A stretch of DNA of 64,000 bases from Candidatus Obscuribacterales bacterium. GTDB taxonomy: Bacteria > Cyanobacteriota > Vampirovibrionia > Obscuribacterales > Obscuribacteraceae. The stretch is from the NCBI GenBank assembly GCA_965228855.1, contig CBDDIJ010000002.1, positions 1,472,001 to 1,536,000 of the forward strand, written 5' to 3'. Below are positions 1 to 10,069 of the stretch, one piece after another (within the stretch, counting starts at the first letter, position 1; each line of letters opens with the position of its first letter). Both the position numbers and the translations under genes were made by a program. The notes below the pieces were generated by a model. It did no database searches and was not told the DNA's origin. It saw nothing but the letters and a program-made list of their open reading frames with translations.

Positions 1-855
1 CAGCTCAAACACATGGAAAAAGGTTTGAGACCGCAGAAAAAAATCGCTAAAGGCAAAGGCGGTGAGCCAGTTATCGTCACTTCGCAGGTGCCCGGCGCCG
101 ATGAAGGTGAGATTGCCCTTGAATCGATGCGTGGTGGCATCTCGGAGCTTCTTCGAGAAGCATACGCGATGCCCTGTCATGGTTGTCCCGTGCAAAAGCC
201 TTGCAGCAAGCAGACCTCGCGAATCGAACAACTTGAGCGCCGCATAAAAGAGATCGGTCGTCGACTCGAAAAAGAGACTGGAAAATATTGGAGAACGTTC
301 GTGGCGCTGACGGATATACTCCGTCTGCAAGGTTATCTGGACGGTGATAAACCTTCTAAGCTGGGTCATATGGCGGCTTGCATCAGGGGGACTAACGAAC
401 TGTTCCTCACGGAAGTCGCGGTCAATGGTTTGTTCGATCACTTAAGACCTTGGGAATTGGCCGCTGTGTTTACTGCGCTCGTCCAGGAAGAGGGACGTGG
501 AAACCAGGACCTTCAGCGGGTTCGCTTGAGTCATGGTGTCGAGTCTACTCTCGAAGATGTCGGTCGTCTTGCTCGAAAAATCAAGCGTCTGCAAAAAGAT
601 TTCGACATTGATATTCCGGTCGAGTTCAATCCGCAATTCAGCCCGCTTACGGAAATGTGGGCGCAAGGCGCCACTTGGGAGCAGATTCGCCACGTCAGTA
701 GTTTCGACGAGGGCGATGTCGTGCGTTCTTTCAGAAGAACTTTGGATCTTTGCCGGCAATACATCCGGGCAGAGGGAATGAGCGACCATGTTGTAAACTT
801 GTGCCGCGATGTTGAGACCTTGATAAACAGGGACGAGGTCAAAGAGGTGTTTTAG
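1..855 (+). CDS. helY: DEAD/DEAH-box RNA helicase, HelY/Ski2-like, C-terminal part (DSHCT domain); 5' end lies outside the window
   Basis: Frame is open from base 1. 'GHMAACIRGTNELFLTE', 'WAQGATW' and 'DEGDVVRSFRRTLDLCRQ' match the DSHCT C-terminus of Ski2/HelY helicases. Confidence 0.85.
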   Translation, partial: QLKHMEKGLRPQKKIAKGKGGEPVIVTSQVPGADEGEIALESMRGGISELLREAYAMPCHGCPVQKPCSKQTSRIEQLERRIKEIGRRLEKETGKYWRTFVALTDILRLQGYLDGDKPSKLGHMAACIRGTNELFLTEVAVNGLFDHLRPWELAAVFTALVQEEGRGNQDLQRVRLSHGVESTLEDVGRLARKIKRLQKDFDIDIPVEFNPQFSPLTEMWAQGATWEQIRHVSSFDEGDVVRSFRRTLDLCRQYIRAEGMSDHVVNLCRDVETLINRDEVKEVF

Positions 856-859
856 AAGC

Positions 860-2338
860 GTGGTAACGGAGCTGACGTCGGAGCGCAAACAATGGAAGAA
901 ATTCCTTGCCTCCTTCGTGTTCACCACGGTTGGTGTCCTCCTGTTCACTGGGCTCATATCGAATCTTCATCTGGATGAGCAGGTTGCGAACATCTCGATG
1001 TTGTACCTGTTTCTGGTCATTCTTGCAGCGCTGGTGCTTGGACGCGGCGCGGCGATTTGGACTTCGGTTGCATCGTTTCTCGCGTTCAATTGGTTTTTCG
1101 TCACACCGCGGCATACATTCAACGTCACTGCGCTTACGGACTGGTCCGTGCTCGTTGTATTTCTTTTCGTTGCTACAGTGACAGGTCAGTTGATGGCTTT
1201 ACTAAAGGCGCGAGCGTGGGAAGCACGTCAACATGAGCGAGAAGCGGCTGCGCTTGCCGAAGCCAGTTGGGCTGTTGCATCGCAGTTGGATATCAATTCC
1301 GCATTGCTCGAGGTGCTTCGACAAGTTTCGAAAGTAGTCGAACTGGAGTCAGCGGCATTCGTTTCAACAGAAACTGGCGCACCGGTGGTGGTGGCGGCCT
1401 ATCCGGCCGGAGCCGATGATGTCCCGTGGTTGGAAACCGCTCACGATACACCTGATTCGCTGAAATTGCCAATCCGAATGAAGGACATCGACTTTGGTTA
1501 TGCAATCTTGAAGTTGTCTCAAAAAGGTTCGCTTACGGCCAGTCAGCAAAGAATCATCGACTCGCTTTTGGGTCATTCCGCAATCGTTTTTCAACGCGAA
1601 CACTTGATGCAGGCGGAAGCAAAAGCGCAGGCGTTAGCCGATGCTGACCGGCTTAAGACTGCTCTCCTTTCAATGGTATCGCATGATTTTCGCTCTCCGC
1701 TGACATCTATAAAGGCCAGTGTTTCGACGCTAATGGAGGGAGGTGCGCCTTTGGATGTTGAAACGAAAAAGGGGTTGCACCATGCTATCGATCAAGAGAC
1801 AGACCGGCTGAACAGAATGGTCGGAAATATTCTCGATCTTTCTCGGCTCGAAGCGGACGCATGGCATCCAAAGCTCGAGTGGACGCCCGTCTCGGAACTG
1901 ATTGGCATGACGCTGGATCAGTTTTCACCTGATAGTAATAAGCGAATTGATGTGAACATGAGTTCTTCGCTCACGGAGATAAATGTAGACTGCGTCCAAA
2001 TGGTTCAGGTCATTAAGAATCTTGTTGAGAACGCATTGAAGTATTCGAAGGCTGAAGAAAGCGTTGAAATCAACATTTTTAGGGATGAGGACACGGCAGT
2101 GATCGAAGTTCTCGATCGTGGTCGCGGAATGACCGATGCAGATCTCGAGCACTTATTCGAACCGTTTTACCGGGCAAAGGAATTGCAGGAGTCGTCTGTG
2201 CCCGGTGTTGGGGTTGGTTTAGCCGTATGTCGGGGCTTGGTCGAAGCGCATAGAGGCAGTTTAATTGCAAAAAATCGTGATAACGGTGGAGCAATTTTTC
2301 GTGTTAATCTTCCCATGCAACTTGCGGGGAACCCATGA
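860..2338 (+). CDS. kdpD: KdpD-like membrane sensor histidine kinase (DUF4118 4-TM region, GAF-like segment, HisKA, HATPase); lacks the N-terminal KdpD/Usp domains
   Basis: TM region 'ASFLAFNWFFVTPRHTF', H-box 'LLSMVSHDFRSPLTSI', N-box 'NLVENALKYS', G-boxes 'DRGRG' and 'GVGVGLAVC'. Overlaps the response regulator start (ATGA). Confidence 0.85.
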   Translation: MVTELTSERKQWKKFLASFVFTTVGVLLFTGLISNLHLDEQVANISMLYLFLVILAALVLGRGAAIWTSVASFLAFNWFFVTPRHTFNVTALTDWSVLVVFLFVATVTGQLMALLKARAWEARQHEREAAALAEASWAVASQLDINSALLEVLRQVSKVVELESAAFVSTETGAPVVVAAYPAGADDVPWLETAHDTPDSLKLPIRMKDIDFGYAILKLSQKGSLTASQQRIIDSLLGHSAIVFQREHLMQAEAKAQALADADRLKTALLSMVSHDFRSPLTSIKASVSTLMEGGAPLDVETKKGLHHAIDQETDRLNRMVGNILDLSRLEADAWHPKLEWTPVSELIGMTLDQFSPDSNKRIDVNMSSSLTEINVDCVQMVQVIKNLVENALKYSKAEESVEINIFRDEDTAVIEVLDRGRGMTDADLEHLFEPFYRAKELQESSVPGVGVGLAVCRGLVEAHRGSLIAKNRDNGGAIFRVNLPMQLAGNP

Positions 2339-3024
2339 GAGTATTAGTCATTGATGACGAACCCCAGATTCGGCGCGCCCTGCGCGCGGGTCTGGAGCGG
2401 ACGGACTACCAGGTTATGCTGGCGGCGTCCGGAGAGGAAGGTTTGGACATGGCGTCCGAGCATCCGCCCGATCTCGTTATCCTGGATCTAGCGATGCCAG
2501 GCACAGACGGCTTTCACGTGCTGAAGGAGTTGCGGACGTGGACGAAAATTCCAGTCATCGTTTTATCAGTTCGAGATCAAGAAGAAGATAAGATCAAAGC
2601 ATTGGATCTTGGCGCGGACGATTATTTGACCAAACCGTTCGGCGTGGGAGAATTGCTTGCGCGAATGAGGGCGGTACTGAGGCGCTCTGCGAATGAGGAC
2701 GAAGGACCGGACGAAACGGTTTTCGAGCACGGCGATTTGAAAGTCGATCACGCGCATCGCGAGGTCACTGTTGCCGGCGAAAAAGTTCACCTCACTCCCA
2801 AAGAATACGACCTCCTCACGTGCATGGTTCACTTTCGTAATCGTGTGCTGACCCACAGGCAGCTTTTGAGTAAGGTCTGGGGAGCAGAATATGCCGATGA
2901 TACGCACACCTTGCGTGTTCATATTGCGAATTTGCGCAATAAGGTCGAGAAGGACCCGGCCCGACCGCAGCATATTCACACCGAGACGCGGATTGGTTAT
3001 CGGTTTAAAGCGGAAGATAAATAA
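2335..3024 (+). CDS. kdpE: OmpR-family response regulator, KdpE-like
   Basis: 'VLVIDDEPQIRRAL', 'DLVILDL', 'KIKALDLGADDYLTKPF', and winged helix 'THTLRVHIANLRNKVEKDPARPQHIHTETRIGYRF'. Confidence 0.9.
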   Translation: MRVLVIDDEPQIRRALRAGLERTDYQVMLAASGEEGLDMASEHPPDLVILDLAMPGTDGFHVLKELRTWTKIPVIVLSVRDQEEDKIKALDLGADDYLTKPFGVGELLARMRAVLRRSANEDEGPDETVFEHGDLKVDHAHREVTVAGEKVHLTPKEYDLLTCMVHFRNRVLTHRQLLSKVWGAEYADDTHTLRVHIANLRNKVEKDPARPQHIHTETRIGYRFKAEDK

Positions 3025-3033
3025 TTCTCGCGA

Positions 3034-3082
3034 CTTGATAGTTTCTTGATGTCGGAGCAATTCCATTGACGCCATCTTGACT
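3034..3082 (+). promoter_or_regulatory. Two pairs of 11-bp-phased TTGA(T/C) direct repeats; candidate KdpE/OmpR-family operator
   Basis: TTGA at 3035 and 3046 (cttgatagtttcttgat) and at 3066 and 3077 (attgacgccatcttgac), between kdpE and the transporter gene. Confidence 0.5.
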
Positions 3083-3152
3083 GTTGGTCGGCTAAATATC
3101 GATCTGCCGGCACAGTTCGCTTTGGAAGGTTCAGGAAACCGAGAGATTGACC

Positions 3153-5117
3153 ATGTATTATGCAGATGGGTTTGCGCGCGCCGATCATCAAGACCGGAGA
3201 AGTCCGACAGCAGCGAATAAATTTCGTCGATGGTTTCTTGATGGTATCAGGAGCGAGCCGGATGTTCGGGCGAGTTCACCAATGCATAAATCGAAGTGGT
3301 GGAATGTCATGTGTCTTACCGGCGTGGATTACTTTTCCACGCTCGGATATCAGCCTGGAATCGCATTCCTGGCTGCCGGTTTACTGTCGCCGATTGCAAC
3401 GCTCGTAGTTGTACTTTTGACGCTATTTGGACTGGTGCCGTTGTACTCTCGGGTTGCCAAAGAAAGTCCGCATGGGCAGGGCAGTATCTCAATGCTGGAA
3501 AAGCTCATGCCTGGCTGGAGAGGTAAAACGCTTGTTCTGGTCCTGCTGGGTTTCGCTGCAACTGACTTCATCATAACCATCACACTATCGGCGGCTGACG
3601 CCACCGCGCATATAGTTCAAAATCCAATCGTCGGAGCGTATCTAAATAATCAGGTTCTGGTTACCATCTGCCTTCTGGCAGTTTTAAGCGCGATTTTTCT
3701 TAAGGGCTTCAAGGAGGCAATCGGTGTCTCAGTGGGTCTGGTCTTGTTGTATCTCGTATGTAACCTGGTTGTTCTTGGAAATGCAATCGCGCACATCGTT
3801 CAGCAACCTCAGGTTCTGCTCAACTGGCAGAACAATATGCTGGCTGCTCATCACGGTTCTATCTGGTCGGCGATTGGATTGTCGTTGATTTTGTTTCCAA
3901 AATTGGCGTTGGGTATGTCCGGTTTTGAAACCGGAGTTGCTGTGATGCCGCTTGTCGAGGGCAAGTCGACTGATACTCATGAGGACCTTACCGGACGGAT
4001 TGAAAACACTCGCAAGTTGCTTTTGACGGCGGCAATCGTTATGGCAGTTCTCCTCATGTTGAGCAGCATTGCGACTACAGTTCTCATTCCGACCGAGGCA
4101 TTTGCTGAGGGTGGTCCGGCAAATGGACGTGCTTTGGCTTATCTCGCACATACCAATCTCGGCACGTCTTTCGGCACCATATACGATATCAGTACAATTT
4201 TGATACTTTGGTTTGCGGGTGCTTCGGCAATGGCTGGTTTGTTAAACTTGGTTCCTCGCTATCTGCCGCGATATGGAATGGCACCTGCATGGGCTTTAGC
4301 TCAGCGACCGCTCGTGGTTTTCTTTACTATCGTCTCCGTTGTCGTGACTGTTCTATTTAACGCGAACGTTGACGCACAAGCCGGTGCTTATGCGACTGGA
4401 GTTTTAGTTCTGATCACTTCTGCAGCTCTGGCTGTATTCCTCGTGACGTGGAGGGAAGGTGTTCTGAAGCGGTTGGCTTTCGGAGTAATTCTGATCGTTT
4501 TCCTCTACACGTCGGTTGCGAACATGATCGAGAGACCCGAAGGTTTGCACATCGCATCATTTTTCATATCAGCGATTCTTCTTACGTCTCTGATTTCACG
4601 AGGTATTCGTTCATTTGAATTGCGCATCGATAAGGTCCACTTCGATCATAAGGCTCAAGAGATTGTTAACGAGACATTGAGAAAGCGAGGACAGATCTGC
4701 CTTCTTGCTAATCGACCTGGTAGCAATAACTACGCGAGAAAAGAGTTGGAAATTCGAACTCTTCACAAGCTCACTGAAGAAGAAGCCGCGTTTATCTTCC
4801 TTGAGGTTCTGGTTGACGACCCTTCGCAGTTCCAGGGCGACTGCCTGGATGTCACCGGTCATAATGTCGACGGTCACCTGGTTTTGCGCTGCAACAGTTT
4901 GGCTACACCCAACGCAATCGCTGCGATTCTCTTGTACATTCGAGATACGACCGGTAATTTGCCGCACGCATATCTGGGCTGGACCGAGGGAAACCCCGTG
5001 CTTTACGTCTTCAGATACATATTCTTGGGTGAGGGAGAAACGGCTCCTGTTACTCGCGAAATCTTACGCGAGGCAGAACCGGATCCGGACAAGAGACCCA
5101 AAATACTTGTAGGTTAA
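3153..5117 (+). CDS. APC-superfamily transporter (annotated-type 'amino acid transporter') with a C-terminal soluble domain; possibly a K+ transporter
   Basis: About 12 hydrophobic segments; motifs '[23 protein letters not shown]', '[11 protein letters not shown]' and 'AGAYATGVL'. ATG at 3153 chosen over TTG at 3147. Confidence 0.8.
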   Translation: MYYADGFARADHQDRRSPTAANKFRRWFLDGIRSEPDVRASSPMHKSKWWNVMCLTGVDYFSTLGYQPGIAFLAAGLLSPIATLVVVLLTLFGLVPLYSRVAKESPHGQGSISMLEKLMPGWRGKTLVLVLLGFAATDFIITITLSAADATAHIVQNPIVGAYLNNQVLVTICLLAVLSAIFLKGFKEAIGVSVGLVLLYLVCNLVVLGNAIAHIVQQPQVLLNWQNNMLAAHHGSIWSAIGLSLILFPKLALGMSGFETGVAVMPLVEGKSTDTHEDLTGRIENTRKLLLTAAIVMAVLLMLSSIATTVLIPTEAFAEGGPANGRALAYLAHTNLGTSFGTIYDISTILILWFAGASAMAGLLNLVPRYLPRYGMAPAWALAQRPLVVFFTIVSVVVTVLFNANVDAQAGAYATGVLVLITSAALAVFLVTWREGVLKRLAFGVILIVFLYTSVANMIERPEGLHIASFFISAILLTSLISRGIRSFELRIDKVHFDHKAQEIVNETLRKRGQICLLANRPGSNNYARKELEIRTLHKLTEEEAAFIFLEVLVDDPSQFQGDCLDVTGHNVDGHLVLRCNSLATPNAIAAILLYIRDTTGNLPHAYLGWTEGNPVLYVFRYIFLGEGETAPVTREILREAEPDPDKRPKILVG

Positions 5118-5231
5118 ACAGTGAAACACTGGACCGGCCGAAGGCGAACCAATGTTTCCTGTTTGATTTGCGAGGTCGAATAAAGCTACGGACGCTCGAT
5201 GAGCGCGCGGGTCTCAAGCGCTCTGATCAAT

Positions 5232-5900
5232 CTAATTTCGGTCTTGAGCATCATGCTTCTGGTTGTAGATACTTTGACTCATGCGATCCTGCATGTTGTC
5301 GAGCTTGACTCGCTCTCCGACACTCAGACCGTTTTGACGCATCTGCGCTTCTTTCGCATCGAAGCGAGCTTGTTGATTGTTCAATCGGGCGGCTTCTTGC
5401 GGAGTCAGTTCTCCAGTGCTAATGCCGTTGTAGATACGTTTATCCTGGTTTCTTTGAGTCTGGTTTATGTCATAAAGTTGATTGCCGGGCCCGGGATTAC
5501 CGACACCAGGTCTGGGACCGCCAGGAAATGGACCGTTACCGGGTACGGGGCCATTGCCTGGAATGCGGTCTTGGCTGTCGTGTTTTTGCTGATAGATATT
5601 TTGGCTCAGTTGATTTTGACGGTTTTCCAGGCGCGCCCGCTCCATTGGATTTAAACCGTTGCCGCTTGCTCGATAACGTGCTTCCGTCCTATTTAACGCT
5701 GCTTGCTGCTTGCTCAAACGGTATGCTTCGCGTCCGTTGAGCGAGCCATTGCCTACGCCACTCATAATGCGATTTGCCTGACGCTGCTGGCGGTTGTTCA
5801 CGCCGTATTTGTATTGTTTCGCGTCGGCTGCGCCTACGTTTCCAATCAGTGATGTGGCTAAGACTGCCAGCGATAGGCTTGCAAGAATTTTGAAGTTCAT
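5232..5900 (-). CDS. Secreted protein with two helical Q/R-rich repeats joined by a Pro/Gly linker
   Basis: Signal peptide 'MNFKILASLSLAVLA...ADA'. Repeats 'RI..G...G.L...EA.RL..QQA......EA..R..GL...ER..L.N.Q...SQ.IY.QKHD.QDR' occur twice. SD-like GGAGAG upstream. Confidence 0.75.
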   Translation of the reverse strand: MNFKILASLSLAVLATSLIGNVGAADAKQYKYGVNNRQQRQANRIMSGVGNGSLNGREAYRLSKQQAALNRTEARYRASGNGLNPMERARLENRQNQLSQNIYQQKHDSQDRIPGNGPVPGNGPFPGGPRPGVGNPGPGNQLYDINQTQRNQDKRIYNGISTGELTPQEAARLNNQQARFDAKEAQMRQNGLSVGERVKLDNMQDRMSQSIYNQKHDAQDRN

Positions 5901-6214
5901 GAGGCTCTCCTTCCCATTTTGGACTCTCTAAAATCTAAGACGGAGGTCGAGCGCAAAAAGTTCAAATCCTAGAATGAACTTGTGCTAATTAATCTGGGCT
6001 TGCATGCAGCCGTCAAATTCGCTGCCATTCATTTATATGCGCGATTTTACGGGTCCATTTTGCTTCGACTTAACATTGTGTTCTCCTAAATCTGAGTTGG
6101 TAACTCGTCGCATCGTTCTGAGAGCAGAAACACCGAAGCTCGGCGCTAACCGAGATTGCCTGAGCGAGCCGGTTTTAGCAAATGGCTTCTTAAATTTAAA
6201 GGTCAGGAGGACAC

Positions 6215-7072
6215 ATGGGTATCAAACAACGTAAACGTACCGCGTTAGTTACTGGTGGCGCAGGTGGTATCGGTTTTGAGTTGTGCAAATTAATCGCGGC
6301 GGACGGCTACGACCTGGTTTTAGTAGACATGAATGAGATGGGCTTGAATAGAGCAGCACGACTGCTTGAAACCGAATTTGGCGTGAGCGTTCGAACAATT
6401 TGCAAAGATCTTTCCGATCCAAAGGCGCCAGGCGAGATCGTAGATGAGCTCAATCAGCGGTGCGTTGAAACTGACTTGCTGGTCAACAACGCTGGCTTTG
6501 GACTATCCGGGAGTTTCGTCGAAATTGCGTTAGAGCCGCAGTTGACTATGATTCAAGTCAACATCAGCGCGGTAATCTCTTTGACGAGATTGTTGTTGCC
6601 GGGGATGTTGAAGCGAGATGAGGCAGCGATTCTTAATGTTGCTTCGATAGCCGCTTTTCAGCCCGGTCCCTATATGGCGGCATATTTTGCAAGCAAAGCT
6701 TTCGTCCTCTCCTGGTCGGAAGGCCTTGCAAAGGAACTGGAAGGCAGCAGCGTTTCTGTCACTGCTCTTTGTCCTCCTCCGACTGATACAGGTTTCGCCG
6801 CCCGCGCTAATTCCGGCACGTCGTTTGCGTTTCAAAAACGAGCGATGGCTTCGCCCGAAGAAGTTGCGCGCGATGCCTGGCGAGGGCTAAAAAATAAGAA
6901 GGTCATTGTTTTGCCAACTGTGATGAACAAGCTTGCAGTTTTCTCCAGCCGTTTCCTTCCGCGGAAAACAGTAACAGCCGTAGCAGGTTTAATGAACAAA
7001 CAGAGAACCGCTGTTCAGAATAAGCCCCGCGCCAGACCTACTTCCGAGTTTGCCATATCCAAGGCCGGCTAG
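6215..7072 (+). CDS. Short-chain dehydrogenase/reductase
   Basis: 'TGGAGGIG', 'LVNNAGFG' and catalytic 'YFASK'. AGGAGG SD upstream. Confidence 0.92.
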   Translation: MGIKQRKRTALVTGGAGGIGFELCKLIAADGYDLVLVDMNEMGLNRAARLLETEFGVSVRTICKDLSDPKAPGEIVDELNQRCVETDLLVNNAGFGLSGSFVEIALEPQLTMIQVNISAVISLTRLLLPGMLKRDEAAILNVASIAAFQPGPYMAAYFASKAFVLSWSEGLAKELEGSSVSVTALCPPPTDTGFAARANSGTSFAFQKRAMASPEEVARDAWRGLKNKKVIVLPTVMNKLAVFSSRFLPRKTVTAVAGLMNKQRTAVQNKPRARPTSEFAISKAG

Positions 7073-7179
7073 AATAAGGCTTTGGATACTCCATCTAATT
7101 TATGGCGAGAGTCGGTAGAAAAGGTTACGATGGGTATAAGAGACGCCTCCGGTGTTTCTAAAAGGTTCAGGAGAATTCA

Positions 7180-7728
7180 ATGAACGCGAAGTCCACACTG
7201 ATGCTTGGTGCAGTTGCCGCCATTGCAATTCAACTGCCCGCGCATGCATCCGTAATCGTTGAAGACTCAATATTTGTAAACGCCAAGCCGGCGATGGTCT
7301 GGAGAGCGCTCCGCGAGTACCAGAGAGAAGAGAAGGCGTTTCACAAGAAAGTTGTATCTTCAACATCCAATTCGGTCTCACTGAAAGAAGAGTTTGCAAG
7401 ATTGCCGGTGGTTGGAACAATGATGTTAAGCTACATTGAAGTAAACAAGCCGGAAGAGAACCGCGTCGACTATCGGTTGACAGAGAAAGGAACGTTGAAC
7501 AAGTTTGAAGGTTCCTGGATTCTCGAGGAGAATAAAACCACCGGTGGTGTCACTCTCAAATTGGTTACAGAGATCGATAGCTGGGTTCCGGCGCCGTTCA
7601 AGAACCATGTTCTGCGCAGCAATACCAAAAAGGGAATGGAAAAGCGTTTGGAATTCGTCAAGGAATACGCTGAAAATTTGAGCGGTGCAAACAAGGTGAG
7701 CGCTGACCCATCCAAGCGCAGCGGCTAG
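7180..7728 (+). CDS. Exported SRPBCC/polyketide-cyclase (START-like) family protein
   Basis: Signal peptide ending 'AHA'. 'SIFVNAKPAMVWRAL' and 'GTLNKFEGSWILEE' are typical of the SRPBCC fold. Confidence 0.65.
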   Translation: MNAKSTLMLGAVAAIAIQLPAHASVIVEDSIFVNAKPAMVWRALREYQREEKAFHKKVVSSTSNSVSLKEEFARLPVVGTMMLSYIEVNKPEENRVDYRLTEKGTLNKFEGSWILEENKTTGGVTLKLVTEIDSWVPAPFKNHVLRSNTKKGMEKRLEFVKEYAENLSGANKVSADPSKRSG

Positions 7729-9194
7729 TTTAATCCCTCTGCAGCTTGGCGCAGATTAGCACTCTTTTGAGCATCGCCACGAGCTGCGTATTGATGACTT
7801 TTCTCCAGCATTAGCGTTTGCAGTTTGCCAACTTCAGCTATCCGTGCGTCTTTGGCTGCTGGCGCCTTTGGTAGAAATTTTTCGAACTCGGATAAGCCCT
7901 CTTCTGTCTTACCGGCTGCGCATAGAAGCAGTCCCTTTGAGAGTTGGAGGTGAAGACTGTTAGCACCCGTTGATCTTGCTGCTTTGTCGTAGACTGCCAG
8001 CGCGTCGTCGAGTCGACCCATGTTTTCCAGAGCATCGGCTTTGACGATCAGCGCTTCTCCAGGGTTCTTTTCCCGTTTTAAATAAACTTCTGCCGCTTCC
8101 AGTGCTTCTTCATATCTGCCTAAACTGTTTAGCGCTGTCGCTTTAACAATGTGAGTGAACGGATAGAAATTGCTGGTATCGTATTTGATGGCGCGCTCCG
8201 ACATCTCCAGAGCTTTCTCCGGTTGGTCCATGTCCGACAGGCAAGCTGCAGCCACGCCATATGCCTGAGCGCTTTCATTGTCTAAACTTATTGCTTTCTC
8301 TGCCTGTTTCAAAGCCTCTTCTTTTTGTCCCAAACTAAGGAGGCACGTGGAAAGACCGAGCACCAGTCGAGGATCGTCCGGCTTCTTCTCAACCGCTGAC
8401 TGGAACAAGGGAAGCGCTTCTTCGAACTTCCGTTCCTTTGCCAGTTTTTGCGCCTTCTCGTCGTCTGTGCTCAGCTTTGACTTTGCAATGAAGGCTATAA
8501 CGAGTAAACCAACTAAGAAATACGAGTTCTGTTTAATTGCTCGAAAACCGCTGTCAATCAGCTGTCCAGGCGCACCGAGTACCATCGCACCAAGAGCGGA
8601 AGCGAATTGGATAAGGTCGCTGAAAGGCGGAAAGAAGAAAAACATCGCCATGATAAACAGAAATCCAAGATTTCCGAATTCGCGCGCTTTGCGCTGGATC
8701 GGGGCGGGCAGCCAGGGTTCGATTATTCCAAATCCATCGAGTGGTGGCAGCGGAAGAAGGTTTAGGATGAAAACAAAAATGTGCAGGTAGATGAGTGTGC
8801 AGGTGGCACGTGTGAAGACCTGGAATATGTGCACGTTTCCGATCAGGTCTTTGAGCAAAGGAAGAACGTGCAGAAAAATCACCAGACCGATCAGGAATAT
8901 GAAAGTGAACAGCGGGCCAGCGAAGCTAATGAACGATAGCATCGTTCGACTTTTGATACGACTGGTGTTGATCGATACGGCTGCACCTGGCAGCGCTATT
9001 CCGCCGAGCATCAGTGCCAGCACTGGTATGACCAGAGTGGTGGCAGAATTGATGTAGACGAACGGATTGAGGGTCAAATACCCTTTGTCCTTTACGGATT
9101 TATCGCCGCCCCAGTAGGCGGTTATCGCGTGACCAAATTCGTGAAAGCAAGTGGAGAAAATCCATCCGGCGATAATTAGCAGTGCAAGGTCCAT
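7725..9194 (-). CDS. Site-2 (M50) intramembrane zinc metalloprotease fused to TPR repeats
   Basis: 'HEFGH', 'AGP' and 'NLLPLPPLDG' M50 motifs, followed by several TPR-like repeats. Confidence 0.88.
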   Translation of the reverse strand: MDLALLIIAGWIFSTCFHEFGHAITAYWGGDKSVKDKGYLTLNPFVYINSATTLVIPVLALMLGGIALPGAAVSINTSRIKSRTMLSFISFAGPLFTFIFLIGLVIFLHVLPLLKDLIGNVHIFQVFTRATCTLIYLHIFVFILNLLPLPPLDGFGIIEPWLPAPIQRKAREFGNLGFLFIMAMFFFFPPFSDLIQFASALGAMVLGAPGQLIDSGFRAIKQNSYFLVGLLVIAFIAKSKLSTDDEKAQKLAKERKFEEALPLFQSAVEKKPDDPRLVLGLSTCLLSLGQKEEALKQAEKAISLDNESAQAYGVAAACLSDMDQPEKALEMSERAIKYDTSNFYPFTHIVKATALNSLGRYEEALEAAEVYLKREKNPGEALIVKADALENMGRLDDALAVYDKAARSTGANSLHLQLSKGLLLCAAGKTEEGLSEFEKFLPKAPAAKDARIAEVGKLQTLMLEKSHQYAARGDAQKSANLRQAAEGLN

Positions 9195-9243
9195 TTTGAT
9201 TGGCTCGATAGTAATGAGTCTGTCTCAGTACTATAAACCAAAT

Positions 9244-9972
9244 TTATTGCTCGACACAGAGTCGTACTATGGCGTGGACCACTTGCTCGATCGTCATGTT
9301 GTCAGTGATGATTGCAATGGCGTCGTCGGCTTGTTTGAGGGGACCGTCTGCGCGATTCGAGTCGCGGTGGTCGCGCTCTGCGATTGCTTTGCTAAGGTCT
9401 TCCAGGTCGGGGCTTTCGCCAAGCGCCTGCAGGTCCTTCAGGCGACGTTGAGCGCGAACTTCGACAGAGGCGGTCAAATATATTTTGATGTCCGCGTCTG
9501 GCATGACTACTGTTCCGATGTCGCGTCCATCCAACACGACGCCTCCGCGCTGAATCATTTCCTTCTGGCGAGCGACCATCAGTTTTCTCAGAGCTGAGAA
9601 TGTGGAAACTTTAGACACCAGGTCGCTGATTTCGTGTGAGCGAATAGCGTGGGTGATTTCTTCATCGTTGACATAGACACGCGTGCGACCTTTGGTGCTT
9701 TCGTCGCCCGGTTCCAGTCTGATTGTGGCTTCGGATGCGGCTTTTGCAATTGCCTCGCCATCTTCGGTAGAGATGCCCTGTTTGCGTGCGAGCCATGTTG
9801 CAGCCCTGTACATCGCACCTGTGTCGATATACAGAAGATCAAGATCTTTGGCGACAAGCTGCGCGACAGTCGATTTGCCGGCGCCCGCCGGTCCATCGAT
9901 TGCCACCTTTAGCAGTTTTACCGCGGCATCGTCCTTGCGCGCGGCAGGTTTCGAAGTTTCCATTTGCTGCAT
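9244..9972 (-). CDS. cmk: Cytidylate kinase
   Basis: 'AIDGPAGAGKST', 'DTGAMYRA', 'DGRDIGTVV' and 'ERDHRDSNR'. Confidence 0.96.
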   Translation of the reverse strand: MQQMETSKPAARKDDAAVKLLKVAIDGPAGAGKSTVAQLVAKDLDLLYIDTGAMYRAATWLARKQGISTEDGEAIAKAASEATIRLEPGDESTKGRTRVYVNDEEITHAIRSHEISDLVSKVSTFSALRKLMVARQKEMIQRGGVVLDGRDIGTVVMPDADIKIYLTASVEVRAQRRLKDLQALGESPDLEDLSKAIAERDHRDSNRADGPLKQADDAIAIITDNMTIEQVVHAIVRLCVEQ

Positions 9973-10069
9973 CCCGATAGCTCCATAAAAGCTCGCGCCC
10001 CGTGAGGCTGGTGCCCCAGGGAATCGTAAGCCTTCAGGCTACGCATCGCGAGGATGCATATATTATGGA

